Source: an uncultured Candidatus Saccharibacteria bacterium (GTDB taxonomy: Bacteria; Patescibacteriota; Minisyncoccia; Phycocordibacterales; JAACPR01). Taken from it: DNA of 39,860 nucleotides. The notes below the pieces were generated by a model that saw only the letters and a program-made list of their open reading frames with translations, made no database searches and was not told where the DNA came from. The stretch's first letter is position 1; each line of letters starts with the position of its first letter. Below are positions 19,681 through 28,127 of this stretch, in pieces. The stretch covers positions 1 through 39,860 of the forward strand of contig CAYOAC010000001.1 in NCBI GenBank assembly GCA_964401885.1. The letters run 5' to 3'. A program made the position numbers and the translations under genes.

Positions 19681-22299
19681 ATGTCCAAAAAAACTCCTCA
19701 TTTAAATAATTCAAGCAAAACAGGTATCTCGGATGAGATTGTTGTTAAGGGTGCACGTACTCATAATCTTAAAAATATTACTGTTAGAATGCCGCGCAAC
19801 AAGATGATAGTGTTCTCTGGAATATCAGGCTCAGGCAAATCTTCACTTGCTTTTGATACTATTTTTGCTGAAGGACAAAGACGATATATCGAATCTCTTT
19901 CTTCATACGCAAGACAATTTTTAAGACAAATGCAAAAACCAGATGTTGATGAAATTTCAGGTCTTTCACCAGCTATTTCTATTGATCAAAAATCTAGATC
20001 AAATAATCCACGTTCAACAGTTGCAACCATTACAGAAATTTATGATTATCTTCGAATTCTTTTTGCAAGAATCGGAAGACCTCATTGTGTATTGTGTGGA
20101 AGAGAAATTAAAAAACTTTCTAATGATGAAATTTTTGAAACAATTCTCGAAACTGTAAAAGAATTTTCTAAAAAAGAAAATCAAAAAGTAATGGGTGTTG
20201 AAATCGATCAAGAAAAAGTAAAAATATTTGCACCCGTTGTTGTTGGAAGAAAAGGAGAATATTATCAATTACTTTATGATTTACTTGATAAAGGTTTTGA
20301 ATCTGTTCGAGTTGATGGAAAAGAATATAAACTTCGAGAGAGGATAGAAATCTCAAAAACAAAAAAACATGATATTGATGTTTTGATTGATGAATTTTAT
20401 GCGACAGAAATAAAAAAGTTTTCTCAAGATGTTAAAGAGAGATTATCGGAATCTATTGAAAGAGCTTTAGATCAGTCTCAAGGTTTGCTAAGAGTTGTAC
20501 TTGGTGATTCTTTTAAATTAATTTCAAGTAAATTCATGTGTCCATACGATGGATTTTCTTTTCCAGAAGTTGAACCTCGTCTGTTTTCTTTTAACTCTCC
20601 TTATGGTGCTTGTTCTTCTTGTAATGGTCTTGGAACAAAACATTTATTTGATTCTGATCCTTGTGATACTTGTCACGGGGCAAGATTAAGAGAAGAATCA
20701 TTACATGTATTTTTGACTCAAACTGGAGAAAAGAAAAATATCGTAGATGTGACAAGTCTTTCTATTAAAGATGCAATTGATTATTTTATGTCCCTAGACT
20801 TAAATGATACTGAATATGAAATTGCAAAAGTTGTACTTAAAGAAATAGAATCAAGGCTAAGGTTTATGAATGATGTTGGAATCGATTATTTGTCTTTGAG
20901 TCGACAAGCACATACTTTATCAGGTGGTGAGGCTCAACGTATCAGGCTTGCTAGTCAGCTTGGTTCAGGACTTGTTGGTGCACTTTATGTCCTAGATGAA
21001 CCAACCATCGGTCTTCATTCAAGAGACAATGATAGATTAATAAAAACCCTTTTAGATTTGAGAGATCTTGGTAATACCGTTATTGTGGTTGAACATGATG
21101 AAGATACAATATTCTCTGCTGATTATCTTGTTGATATTGGACCTGGTGCAGGTGTGCATGGTGGGGAAGTTGTTATTGCTGGTAACTTAAATGAATTATT
21201 AACTGAAGATAAATATAAAAATAAATCTTTAACTCTGGATTATTTAAGAGGAGATGCCAAAATTGAAACTCCTAAAAAAAGAAGAAATATTGATGCAGGA
21301 AAATTGAAAGTGAAAGGTGGAAATATTTTTAATATAAAAAATCTTGATATTGAAGTTCCAATGGGAAAACTTTTAACTGTTACTGGAGTTTCTGGTTCAG
21401 GAAAATCTTCTTTTGTTTATGAAATTTTATATAAAAATCTTCAAGCAAAATTTGATAGGAAACATCGATCAGCAAAAATTTATAATTGTAAAGAATTTAC
21501 CGGGGGTGAAAATGTAAGTAGAACTATTTTAATTGATCAATCTTCAATTGGACGAACACCTCGTTCTAATCCCGCCACATATACTGGAGCTTGGACTCAT
21601 ATCAGGGATATGTTTGCAGCAACTGAAGAGGCTAGATACAGAGGATGGAAAGCTGGAAGATTTTCTTTTAACGTAAAAGGTGGAAGATGTGAAGCTTGTC
21701 AGGGTAATGGAGAAATTGCTGTCGAAATGCATTTCCTTCCAACTGTTTATGTTCCTTGCGAAGTATGTAATGGAAAAAGATTTATGAAAGAAACTTTGGA
21801 TGTTAGATACAAAAATAAAAATGTTCATGATATTTTAAAAATGACCGTTGAAGAAGCTTTAACTTTTTTTGAAGACATACCTGCTATTTATGATCGATTA
21901 TTTACTTTGAATGAAGTAGGTCTGGGATATCTTGAACTAGGACAATCAGCTACAACATTATCGGGAGGAGAAGCACAAAGAGTAAAAATATCTTCTGAAC
22001 TTTATCGGGCACATATTCAAAAAACAATTTATATTCTCGATGAGCCATCAATAGGTCTTCACTCTGAAGATGTAAAAAAATTAATTGAAATTCTTCAAAA
22101 ACTTGTAGACAAAGGTAATTCTGTAATTGTTATTGAACATAATATGGATATTATAAAAAGTTCAGATTATTTAATTGATATTGGACCAGAAGGAGGAATT
22201 GGAGGAGGGAATATAGTTGCGAAAGGAACTCCAGAACAAGTTGCCCAAGTTAAAGAATCTTATACTGGACAATATTTGAAAAAATATTTGAAGAAATAA
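19681..22299 (+). CDS. uvrA: Excinuclease ABC subunit A (compact form)
   Basis: Two ABC cassettes (GISGSGKSSLAFDT, GVSGSGKSSFVYE, two LSGGEAQR signatures) and zinc-finger Cys clusters. Confidence 0.95.
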   Translation: MSKKTPHLNNSSKTGISDEIVVKGARTHNLKNITVRMPRNKMIVFSGISGSGKSSLAFDTIFAEGQRRYIESLSSYARQFLRQMQKPDVDEISGLSPAISIDQKSRSNNPRSTVATITEIYDYLRILFARIGRPHCVLCGREIKKLSNDEIFETILETVKEFSKKENQKVMGVEIDQEKVKIFAPVVVGRKGEYYQLLYDLLDKGFESVRVDGKEYKLRERIEISKTKKHDIDVLIDEFYATEIKKFSQDVKERLSESIERALDQSQGLLRVVLGDSFKLISSKFMCPYDGFSFPEVEPRLFSFNSPYGACSSCNGLGTKHLFDSDPCDTCHGARLREESLHVFLTQTGEKKNIVDVTSLSIKDAIDYFMSLDLNDTEYEIAKVVLKEIESRLRFMNDVGIDYLSLSRQAHTLSGGEAQRIRLASQLGSGLVGALYVLDEPTIGLHSRDNDRLIKTLLDLRDLGNTVIVVEHDEDTIFSADYLVDIGPGAGVHGGEVVIAGNLNELLTEDKYKNKSLTLDYLRGDAKIETPKKRRNIDAGKLKVKGGNIFNIKNLDIEVPMGKLLTVTGVSGSGKSSFVYEILYKNLQAKFDRKHRSAKIYNCKEFTGGENVSRTILIDQSSIGRTPRSNPATYTGAWTHIRDMFAATEEARYRGWKAGRFSFNVKGGRCEACQGNGEIAVEMHFLPTVYVPCEVCNGKRFMKETLDVRYKNKNVHDILKMTVEEALTFFEDIPAIYDRLFTLNEVGLGYLELGQSATTLSGGEAQRVKISSELYRAHIQKTIYILDEPSIGLHSEDVKKLIEILQKLVDKGNSVIVIEHNMDIIKSSDYLIDIGPEGGIGGGNIVAKGTPEQVAQVKESYTGQYLKKYLKK

Positions 22300-22308
22300 A
22301 AAAGATAT

Positions 22309-22345
22309 AAAATGAGCGGCGCCTTCGGCGCCGCTCATTTTATAT
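22309..22345. terminator. Strong GC-rich hairpin terminator after uvrA
   Basis: aaaatgagcggcgccttcggcgccgctcatttt: a ~15-bp perfect stem. Confidence 0.85.
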
Positions 22346-22383
22346 TAGACAATAATAAAAAAATGTGTTATTATTTTTTTGAT

Positions 22384-22893
22384 ATGAAAATGCTCTTTAT
22401 CACTGTGTTGTCGGGGATTTTTTCCTTGTTTGCGAATGCATCTGTTATTATGGTCTCCAATTATGGGGAAAGTACAGATATTTATACAGCCAATCTCGGA
22501 ATGGAGTTTCGGGTTATGTCCGAAAATGGTGACTTGTACGTTCCTACGAATTTCGTACCATTCACAACTGTATTCAAGGGTGAAGGAAATTTGAATATCA
22601 ATTCAACGGCTGATTTTATTGGCGGTGAAGTATTCTCAGATAATCTTTACCTTATTCTGGAAGGAAAAACCGCCACGATTATGGTGAATTGGTTTGTTCA
22701 ATCTGACCAAGATACTTTCGTGTCATGTTATGCCAAAAATTTCCAATATCACTATGATTCACCAACGGCTCCACTTACAAGCTATGGAGTTAATGGATAT
22801 ACTGGGCAAGTCCCAGTACAAAAAATTCCCGAACCAACAACTCTAACCTTCGGATTTATCGGCTTCTTGTTTTTCTGGCGTCGCCGGAAATAA
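22384..22893 (+). CDS. Secreted protein with a C-terminal PEP-CTERM sorting signal
   Basis: N-terminal signal peptide MKMLFITVLSGIFSLFANA. The C-terminus IPEPTTLTFGFIGFLFFWRRRK has the PEP motif, then a hydrophobic helix, then a basic cluster. The start was moved downstream of the uvrA terminator hairpin; the ORF finder gave 22312. Confidence 0.65.
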   Translation: MKMLFITVLSGIFSLFANASVIMVSNYGESTDIYTANLGMEFRVMSENGDLYVPTNFVPFTTVFKGEGNLNINSTADFIGGEVFSDNLYLILEGKTATIMVNWFVQSDQDTFVSCYAKNFQYHYDSPTAPLTSYGVNGYTGQVPVQKIPEPTTLTFGFIGFLFFWRRRK

Positions 22894-22974
22894 GGAAATT
22901 GATTTATCCAAAAAATCTCAATGTCGTGCTCGATATTGGGATTTTTTTAATATAAAAAACATATTTTTAAAAAT

Positions 22975-23005
22975 TAAAAAAACGCACATTTCTGTGCGTT
23001 TTTGA
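22975..23005. terminator. Bidirectional hairpin terminator
   Basis: aaaaaacgcacatttctgtgcgttttt. Confidence 0.8.
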
Positions 23006-23015
23006 GAAGAATCGT

Positions 23016-23243
23016 TTATTTGTCAGAGTATGATCTGTGTGGTTTGAAAATGAAAGCCACAAAGAATAAAGCGAACAGTACACCAGCAATGGCACCCGCA
23101 AGTTTTGTCTGATCATCATAGAAATTGAATTTTTCTTGGGAAGATCCTATGAAAAGAACAAATTTCACGATGAATCCACAGAACAATGCAGGAATTCCGC
23201 AAATAATACCAGCAATTAAAAGAACGCAGGCGGCGATATTCAT
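23016..23243 (-). CDS. Small two-TM membrane protein (hypothetical)
   Basis: 75 aa with two hydrophobic helices. Confidence 0.45.
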   Translation of the reverse strand: MNIAACVLLIAGIICGIPALFCGFIVKFVLFIGSSQEKFNFYDDQTKLAGAIAGVLFALFFVAFIFKPHRSYSDK

Positions 23244-23327
23244 AATTTAAGGGGTTTAATGTATAGATTACGCCTTAGTTTGACAAAAGTCAATATTATT
23301 GTAATTATGTGGATAACTTTTGATTTT

Positions 23328-24527
23328 ATGCAAAAAAATGATTTAACAAAATTCAATATTCCCAAAGAACCTGGTGTTTATTTTTTTAAAAAAGAAAAAG
23401 AGATTTTATATATAGGAAAAGCTACTTCACTTAAAGATCGTGTTAGAAGTTATTTTTCTGATGACATAATCCATACTCGAGGCTCAAGAATTATCGATAT
23501 GATTTCATTATCTGATTCTGTTGAATTTGAAACAACAGAAACTGTTTTGGAAGCTTTAATAAAAGAAGCGAATCTTATTAAAAAACATATACCCAAATAT
23601 AATGTAAAAGAAAAAGATAATAAAAGTTATAGCTATGTTTGTATTACAAAAGATTCTTTACCAAAAATTGTTGTTGAAAGAGGTAGAACTATTTCTTTTA
23701 AAAATGCAAAAGAATACGAAAGTATTTTTGGTCCATTTCCTTCTCAAAAAAAATTGTTCATTGCTTTAAAAATTATTAGAAAGATTTTCCCTTTTCTTAC
23801 AGACAAAACAAGTTCAAAATTATATTCACAAATCGGTCTTGAGCCAGATATGAATAAAGATAATTTTTTTGAAATATATAAAAAGAATATTCGAAATATT
23901 AAGTTATTTTTTCAAGGTAAAAAAGGTGCTTTAATAAAAACTCTTGAAAGAGAAATGATGAATCACGCCCAAAAAATGAAATTTGAAAGAGCTGGAGAAA
24001 TAAAAAAACAAATTTTTGCTTTAGAACATATTAATGATGTTGCACTTATTGATGAAGAAAAAATTTCTGTAAATGAAGATGATTTTAGAATAGAGGCTTT
24101 TGATATTGCGCATATGAGTGGAACTAATTCTGTTGGAGTTGTGACAGTTATGGAAAATGATGAATTTAAAAAATCTTCATATAGAAAATTTATTCTTAGA
24201 AATACCCCCAAAGGAGATGATCTAAAAGGTTTAGTTGAAATTTTATCTAGAAGATTTAAACATCTAGAATGGGCTTTACCTAATTTAATTATAATCGATG
24301 GAGGAAAAACTCATTTAAATACGGCACTATCTTTTATTAAATCGATTAATTTAGATATCCCTGTAGTTTCTGTCGTTAAAGATGATAAACATAATGCAAA
24401 AGACATATTGGGTGATTCTGAAATTGTTAAAAAGTATAATAAACAAATTGTCTTATTAAATAGCGAAGCTCATAGATTTGCTATTGAATTTTATAGAAAG
24501 AAACATCGAAAATCATTTTTGAAATAA
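23328..24527 (+). CDS. uvrC: Excinuclease ABC subunit C, short form lacking the C-terminal HhH region
   Basis: GIY-YIG (PKEPGVYFFKKEKEILYIGKATSLKDRVRSYF), a UVR domain (MKFERAGEIKKQIFALEH), and the start of the UvrC RNaseH-like region (FDIAHMSGTNSVGVV). The ORF finder started at 23259. Confidence 0.85.
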   Translation: MQKNDLTKFNIPKEPGVYFFKKEKEILYIGKATSLKDRVRSYFSDDIIHTRGSRIIDMISLSDSVEFETTETVLEALIKEANLIKKHIPKYNVKEKDNKSYSYVCITKDSLPKIVVERGRTISFKNAKEYESIFGPFPSQKKLFIALKIIRKIFPFLTDKTSSKLYSQIGLEPDMNKDNFFEIYKKNIRNIKLFFQGKKGALIKTLEREMMNHAQKMKFERAGEIKKQIFALEHINDVALIDEEKISVNEDDFRIEAFDIAHMSGTNSVGVVTVMENDEFKKSSYRKFILRNTPKGDDLKGLVEILSRRFKHLEWALPNLIIIDGGKTHLNTALSFIKSINLDIPVVSVVKDDKHNAKDILGDSEIVKKYNKQIVLLNSEAHRFAIEFYRKKHRKSFLK

Positions 24528-24715
24528 AAAAAGAGCGAGGGTTTGGTTGCAAAGTCCAAACTTGTCCGTCGCTCATACTGGTCCTCTTGGTAGATGTTGA
24601 GGTTGCCAATTAATTGATAATACTACTTTAAAAACAGGAGTCAACATATATTTTAAAAATTATTTAAAAAAAGTTTTCTACACCCTTATAAATATATTTA
24701 AAATATTAGGTTATA

Positions 24716-25690
24716 ATGTCTTTAATGAAGAAGAAATATAAGGTAGCTATATTGAAAGGAGGAACTAGTGACGAACATCCTATTTCTGTAAAATCCGGAG
24801 AACAATTCAAGAATAGAATTGATGGACTTCAAAATGTAACAGACATTATGGTTGATCGGACGGGTGAATGGTTCGTTCAAGGTATTCCTTATGATAAAAG
24901 AAATTTGGTGAGAGATTTTGATATGGTCGTAAATACAATGAAAGGTGGGGATGGAGAGAATGGTCGACTGACAAAGTACCTCGATGCTTTTGGAGTTAAG
25001 CATAGTAACGCTCCAGTTTTTGGTAGTGTTCTATCTCATAATAAACATGAGTTTAAAAACTTTTTAAAAAGACATGAAATCAAAACTCCTCATTCTGTAT
25101 TGATTGATGGAGAGGGTGATATCGAAGCACAAAAGAAAGAACTAAATCATAAAATGTTTTTGCCTGCCATTGTAAAACCGGTTGCCAATGGTTCTTCAAT
25201 AGGAGTTTTTATTGCTCGTGATTTTGACGAGGTTAAAAGATATATAGATTGGATTCTTAAAAGAGACAGATTTGTTTTAATAGAAGAATATATCGAAGGG
25301 TTAGATGTTTCGGTAATGACTACAAAAGATTTTAGAAATAAACCGATATATAGTTTTATACCTGTTGGAATCGATACTCCTGATATTATCAATTATGAAC
25401 ATAAATTTAATAATTCACACACATTTTTTCCTATACATAATCTTTCTAGGGATCAAAAAGAAATGATAGAAGATATAGCAAAGACAATTCATGTAAAATT
25501 AGATCTTGATTCATTAGCTATGACTGACTTTCGAGTTCATCCTAAGAGGGGAATATATGCTCTTGAGACAAATACCATTCCTTCTTTTGAAGACAAATCT
25601 ATTTATGATGAATCCCTTAAAATGGTAGGTGTAAGCGAGGATGAATTAGTTAATCATATTATCAATTTGGCGTTGAAAAATAAGGCTTAA
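24716..25690 (+). CDS. ddl: D-alanine--D-alanine ligase-like ATP-grasp enzyme
   Basis: N-terminus VAILKGGTSDEHPISVKSG matches the Ddl pattern (GG.S.EHEVS). ATP-grasp-like central and C-terminal blocks. The start may be the second ATG at 24725. Confidence 0.7.
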   Translation: MSLMKKKYKVAILKGGTSDEHPISVKSGEQFKNRIDGLQNVTDIMVDRTGEWFVQGIPYDKRNLVRDFDMVVNTMKGGDGENGRLTKYLDAFGVKHSNAPVFGSVLSHNKHEFKNFLKRHEIKTPHSVLIDGEGDIEAQKKELNHKMFLPAIVKPVANGSSIGVFIARDFDEVKRYIDWILKRDRFVLIEEYIEGLDVSVMTTKDFRNKPIYSFIPVGIDTPDIINYEHKFNNSHTFFPIHNLSRDQKEMIEDIAKTIHVKLDLDSLAMTDFRVHPKRGIYALETNTIPSFEDKSIYDESLKMVGVSEDELVNHIINLALKNKA

Positions 25691-25756
25691 TTCACATTTT
25701 GATAAAAAAGTCTATTTAATTTTTACCTATATTTAATTTGGAATATTTAAAAACAC

Positions 25757-25784
25757 TTGACAAATATTTTATATCATGTATACT
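25757..25784 (+). promoter_or_regulatory. Sigma-70-like promoter
   Basis: TTGACA, a 16-nt spacer, then TATACT. It faces the GC-rich non-coding island downstream. Confidence 0.45.
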
Positions 25785-25790
25785 ATTGCA

Positions 25791-26446
25791 AGATAAGTTT
25801 TTCACATGATTTCTGATTTTTGTTAGTAAGGTGGATATGTGAATCTTTTTAAAAGGATTTAGATACCCACCTTACTGCACAAATGCATAGGGAACAGATG
25901 GGATTTGATTAATGGATATGAGTTCGCCGCCTCACACGCTCCGAGCCGGCTGCTTCGCCGCCTCAGACACTCCCGAGCCGGCTGCTTCGCTGCCCCACTT
26001 CAGGGTCGGCCTCTCACAGCAAAACTCCCAAAAATCAAATAATATAATGAACACAAGCGCAGTGGAACCATCGCCGGCTTCACTTCGCGACAACCTGGCC
26101 TCGTAGAAAGGAGGAATTACTTAATACCCGTTAGAGAAGTGCCATAACAGGACTCAACTCTAAAAGGGCTAGTTTGACCAAATACACCCTGCACGTCAGT
26201 CGTTCCAATCGCACCCACCGCCAAATTAAAATTCCCTTCACCTCTATCATTTAGAAAGGTAATAAGCACCTAGAACCCTCTAGAGAAGTGCCATAGCACT
26301 CAAACTCGAAAAGGGCTGGTCGTGGCGTAAAAGTCACAAATACTACACAAAAATCAAAATCAGAACGTACTTTCGGACCTCCGGAGTCTCTCGCAACTAG
26401 CTTACCCAGCTAACTTGCCACGAGATTCCGGGGGTCTTCTTTTTTA
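25791..26446 (+). ncRNA. Candidate large structured non-coding RNA (GC-rich island with internal repeats)
   Basis: About 650 nt with G+C much higher than the flanks and no credible ORF. It contains a tandem ~33-nt duplication (..ccgcctca[c/g]ac[g/a]ctcc(c)gagccggctgcttcg..) and two ~75-nt dispersed copies (tagaaagg...tagagaagtgccata[a/g]c...aaaagggct[a/g]gt). It ends in a T-run after ggacctccggag...ctccgggggtc. Confidence 0.3.
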
Positions 26447-26472
26447 TAAAAATGAAAATCTTTAATAACTTC

Positions 26473-26500
26473 TTGTCTTTTTATTTATTTTTCGTATAAT
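26473..26500 (+). promoter_or_regulatory. Candidate promoter for tRNA-Ala
   Basis: TTGTCT, a 16-nt spacer, then TATAAT, about 40 nt upstream of the tRNA. Confidence 0.4.
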
Positions 26501-26539
26501 GATTTCACTTGATTAAATCAAGACCAATTTAAGAAATTG

Positions 26540-26614
26540 GGCCCGTAGCTCATCTGGTAGAGCACCTCACTTGCACTGAGGGGGTGGCAGGTTCGAGTCC
26601 TGTCGGGTCCACCA
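26540..26614 (+). tRNA. tRNA-Ala (anticodon UGC)
   Basis: Cloverleaf with acceptor GGGCCCG/CGGGTCC carrying G3:U70, anticodon loop CTTGCAC, T-loop GGTTCGAGTCC, and an encoded CCA. Confidence 0.95.
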
Positions 26615-26687
26615 TTGACGAAAACCCATTTTCGTTTTAATATAATCAAGAATCTCAAAGTACCTGACGTTTGTTGGGAATTTCACT

Positions 26688-27581
26688 TTGAATCAAATAG
26701 TACTTAACAAAAAGATTGAAATGAAAAGAACCAAAAAAGTATTTAATTTTTACACTGAATCTATAAATCTTATACCGTTTCATGTTATAATTGCTTTTAT
26801 CTGTGCAGGGATTAGTTTTATAGTCTGTGATCCATGTCATAAACCTATTACATTTAGTGTTTTATTGTATTCTATTCTAACTGGTTTTATCCCTATGTAT
26901 TTGTGGTTGTCACCATTTTTAGTTGCTTTGTTAATAGATGTTTTGGAAATTTTGACAAAGTGGATATCTGGAATTTCCCAGAAAATAGTGAAGCATACAA
27001 AATCAAAAACTACAAAAACAAAATGGTTTTCAGCAAATGGAATGGATCGGAATTTCTCAAACTTACTAGAAGGCACATTCGATCCGAAAGATTACTGTTT
27101 CTTTTTGGATGGTCAAAATCCAGAATTTACTGATTGTCTTATTCGATTAGCAACAGACAGGTTTGTCACACATCTTGTCGGTAGGGAATTGCGTGATTTG
27201 GATAATGATAAAAATGAAGATTTTTATACCGAAAGCTGGAAAACTTTATCCACTAAAACGGTAGGAGATGAGATTTTTATTTTTCTCTCAATAAGGGCAC
27301 GTGAACGAAAGGGTATCAAGGATTCTTTTAATAGCGTATTCTTTTTTGTACAATTGAAGGTGTCAGATGACAAAGAATCAATAGTATTCTCCGGTTTATC
27401 TTTTAGACACAGGAGAGACCTAGAAGAAATGAAAGTTGAGTTTGAAAGATATGTTTCAGCTCAGTGTGGCGATAGTTCTTTTTCTCCATTAAGTTCAGAT
27501 GTTCTTGCAGAATTAAAGGCTTTGTCGAAACCAAGAGTGGATAGTACTCCTGTAAAAAGCGCAATAATTGTTCCTGTCTAG
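26688..27581 (+). CDS. Hypothetical membrane protein (two N-terminal TM helices plus a cytoplasmic domain)
   Basis: 297-aa ORF directly downstream of the tRNA. An alternative start is MKRTKK at 26721. No recognised homolog. Confidence 0.55.
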   Translation: MNQIVLNKKIEMKRTKKVFNFYTESINLIPFHVIIAFICAGISFIVCDPCHKPITFSVLLYSILTGFIPMYLWLSPFLVALLIDVLEILTKWISGISQKIVKHTKSKTTKTKWFSANGMDRNFSNLLEGTFDPKDYCFFLDGQNPEFTDCLIRLATDRFVTHLVGRELRDLDNDKNEDFYTESWKTLSTKTVGDEIFIFLSIRARERKGIKDSFNSVFFFVQLKVSDDKESIVFSGLSFRHRRDLEEMKVEFERYVSAQCGDSSFSPLSSDVLAELKALSKPRVDSTPVKSAIIVPV

Positions 27582-27674
27582 AATATATGAAACAATAGAG
27601 GAACCAAAAGGGCTGAGATACACATTCAATTCGTGGTCTTGGTCCTTTTTTAATTCAAAATATTTTTTAATATC

Positions 27675-27729
27675 TTTAACTCACCAACCACCTGGTTCAA
27701 CAAAATCACATCCAATTCCACTATTGACA
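27675..27729 (+). repeat. Intergenic repeat copy a (ends in TTGACA)
   Basis: ctttaactcaccaaccacctggttcaacaaaatcacatccaattccactattgaca. Confidence 0.8.
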
Positions 27730-27751
27730 AAAACTATTAAATATATATAAT
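27724..27751 (+). promoter_or_regulatory. Sigma-70-like promoter formed by the 3' end of repeat a
   Basis: TTGACA (27724-27729), a 16-nt spacer, then TATAAT (27746-27751). Confidence 0.5.
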
Positions 27752-27758
27752 ATTCTAC

Positions 27759-27896
27759 ATGAAGTCTAACTTCAAAAACGTGAGTTCCAAATAGGATCTG
27801 GCCGTCGGCCACTGCACAGGCTTACGTAGACAGAAATGTCTTTGCGTGCAGTAAACGATTCAAACCTCCGCTGGTTTTTCTGGCGGAGGTTTTTTA
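27759..27896 (+). ncRNA. Candidate small RNA (~135 nt) with its own promoter and intrinsic terminator
   Basis: GC-rich, non-coding, with several local hairpins (gaagtctaacttc; ggccgtcggcc; ctgcac...gtgcag enclosing gacagaaatgtc). It ends in the terminator cctccgctggtttttctggcggaggtttttt. Confidence 0.45.
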
Positions 27897-27905
27897 TAAA
27901 ATATT

Positions 27906-27958
27906 CTTTAACTCACCAACCACCCAGTTCAACAAAACCATATCCAAGTCCACTATTG
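27906..27958 (+). repeat. Intergenic repeat copy b
   Basis: ctttaactcaccaaccacccagttcaacaaaaccatatccaagtccactattg. Shares 27 identical nt with copy c. Confidence 0.8.
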
Positions 27959-28030
27959 TTTTTACCTTTATTTATTAATGTGTATTTTTTATACTTTAGT
28001 ATGAATTTGAATCATTGGTTTTTAAGTGTT
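27951..28030 (+). promoter_or_regulatory. Conserved upstream block 1 with the palindrome ATACTTTAGTAT (27991-28002)
   Basis: About 75 nt, roughly 85% identical to 36256-36335. The palindrome overlaps a -10-like TATACT. Lies upstream of the E1-like operon. Confidence 0.5.
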
Positions 28031-28127
28031 CATAAGCTATTGGGATGTTGCGAAAACATTGACATTATTGATTATGCTTGTATTGTAACAACGAAATGCT
28101 ATTTGAAAATTCAAACCAAAACTACAA

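Noticed and set aside
24528-24715. Imperfect hairpin gagcgagggtttgg...ccaaacttgtccgtcgctc after uvrC as a terminator
   Set aside because: The stem is interrupted and is not followed by a T-run. It may still be a processing or attenuator structure, but the evidence is insufficient to call a terminator.
25912-26106. 64-aa ORF (MDMSSPPHTLRAGCFAASDTPEPAASL...) inside GC-rich island 1
   Set aside because: The frame is open only because the segment is GC-rich. It has a low-complexity Pro/Ala/Ser composition, no start context, and it spans a tandem DNA repeat. It is more likely non-coding RNA or DNA.
25791-26446. RNase P RNA or tmRNA identity for GC island 1, and tmRNA for 31600-31770
   Set aside because: Conserved RNase P blocks (GGAAAGUCCGGGCUCC, GGUGAAA..GGUAAGAGCGCACC, ACAGAAxCCGGCUUA) are not present; only a partial CCGGCU match. 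The 31.6-kb element has tRNA-Ala-like ends but a non-canonical T-loop (ACCGAGTCC) and is far too short for a tmRNA.
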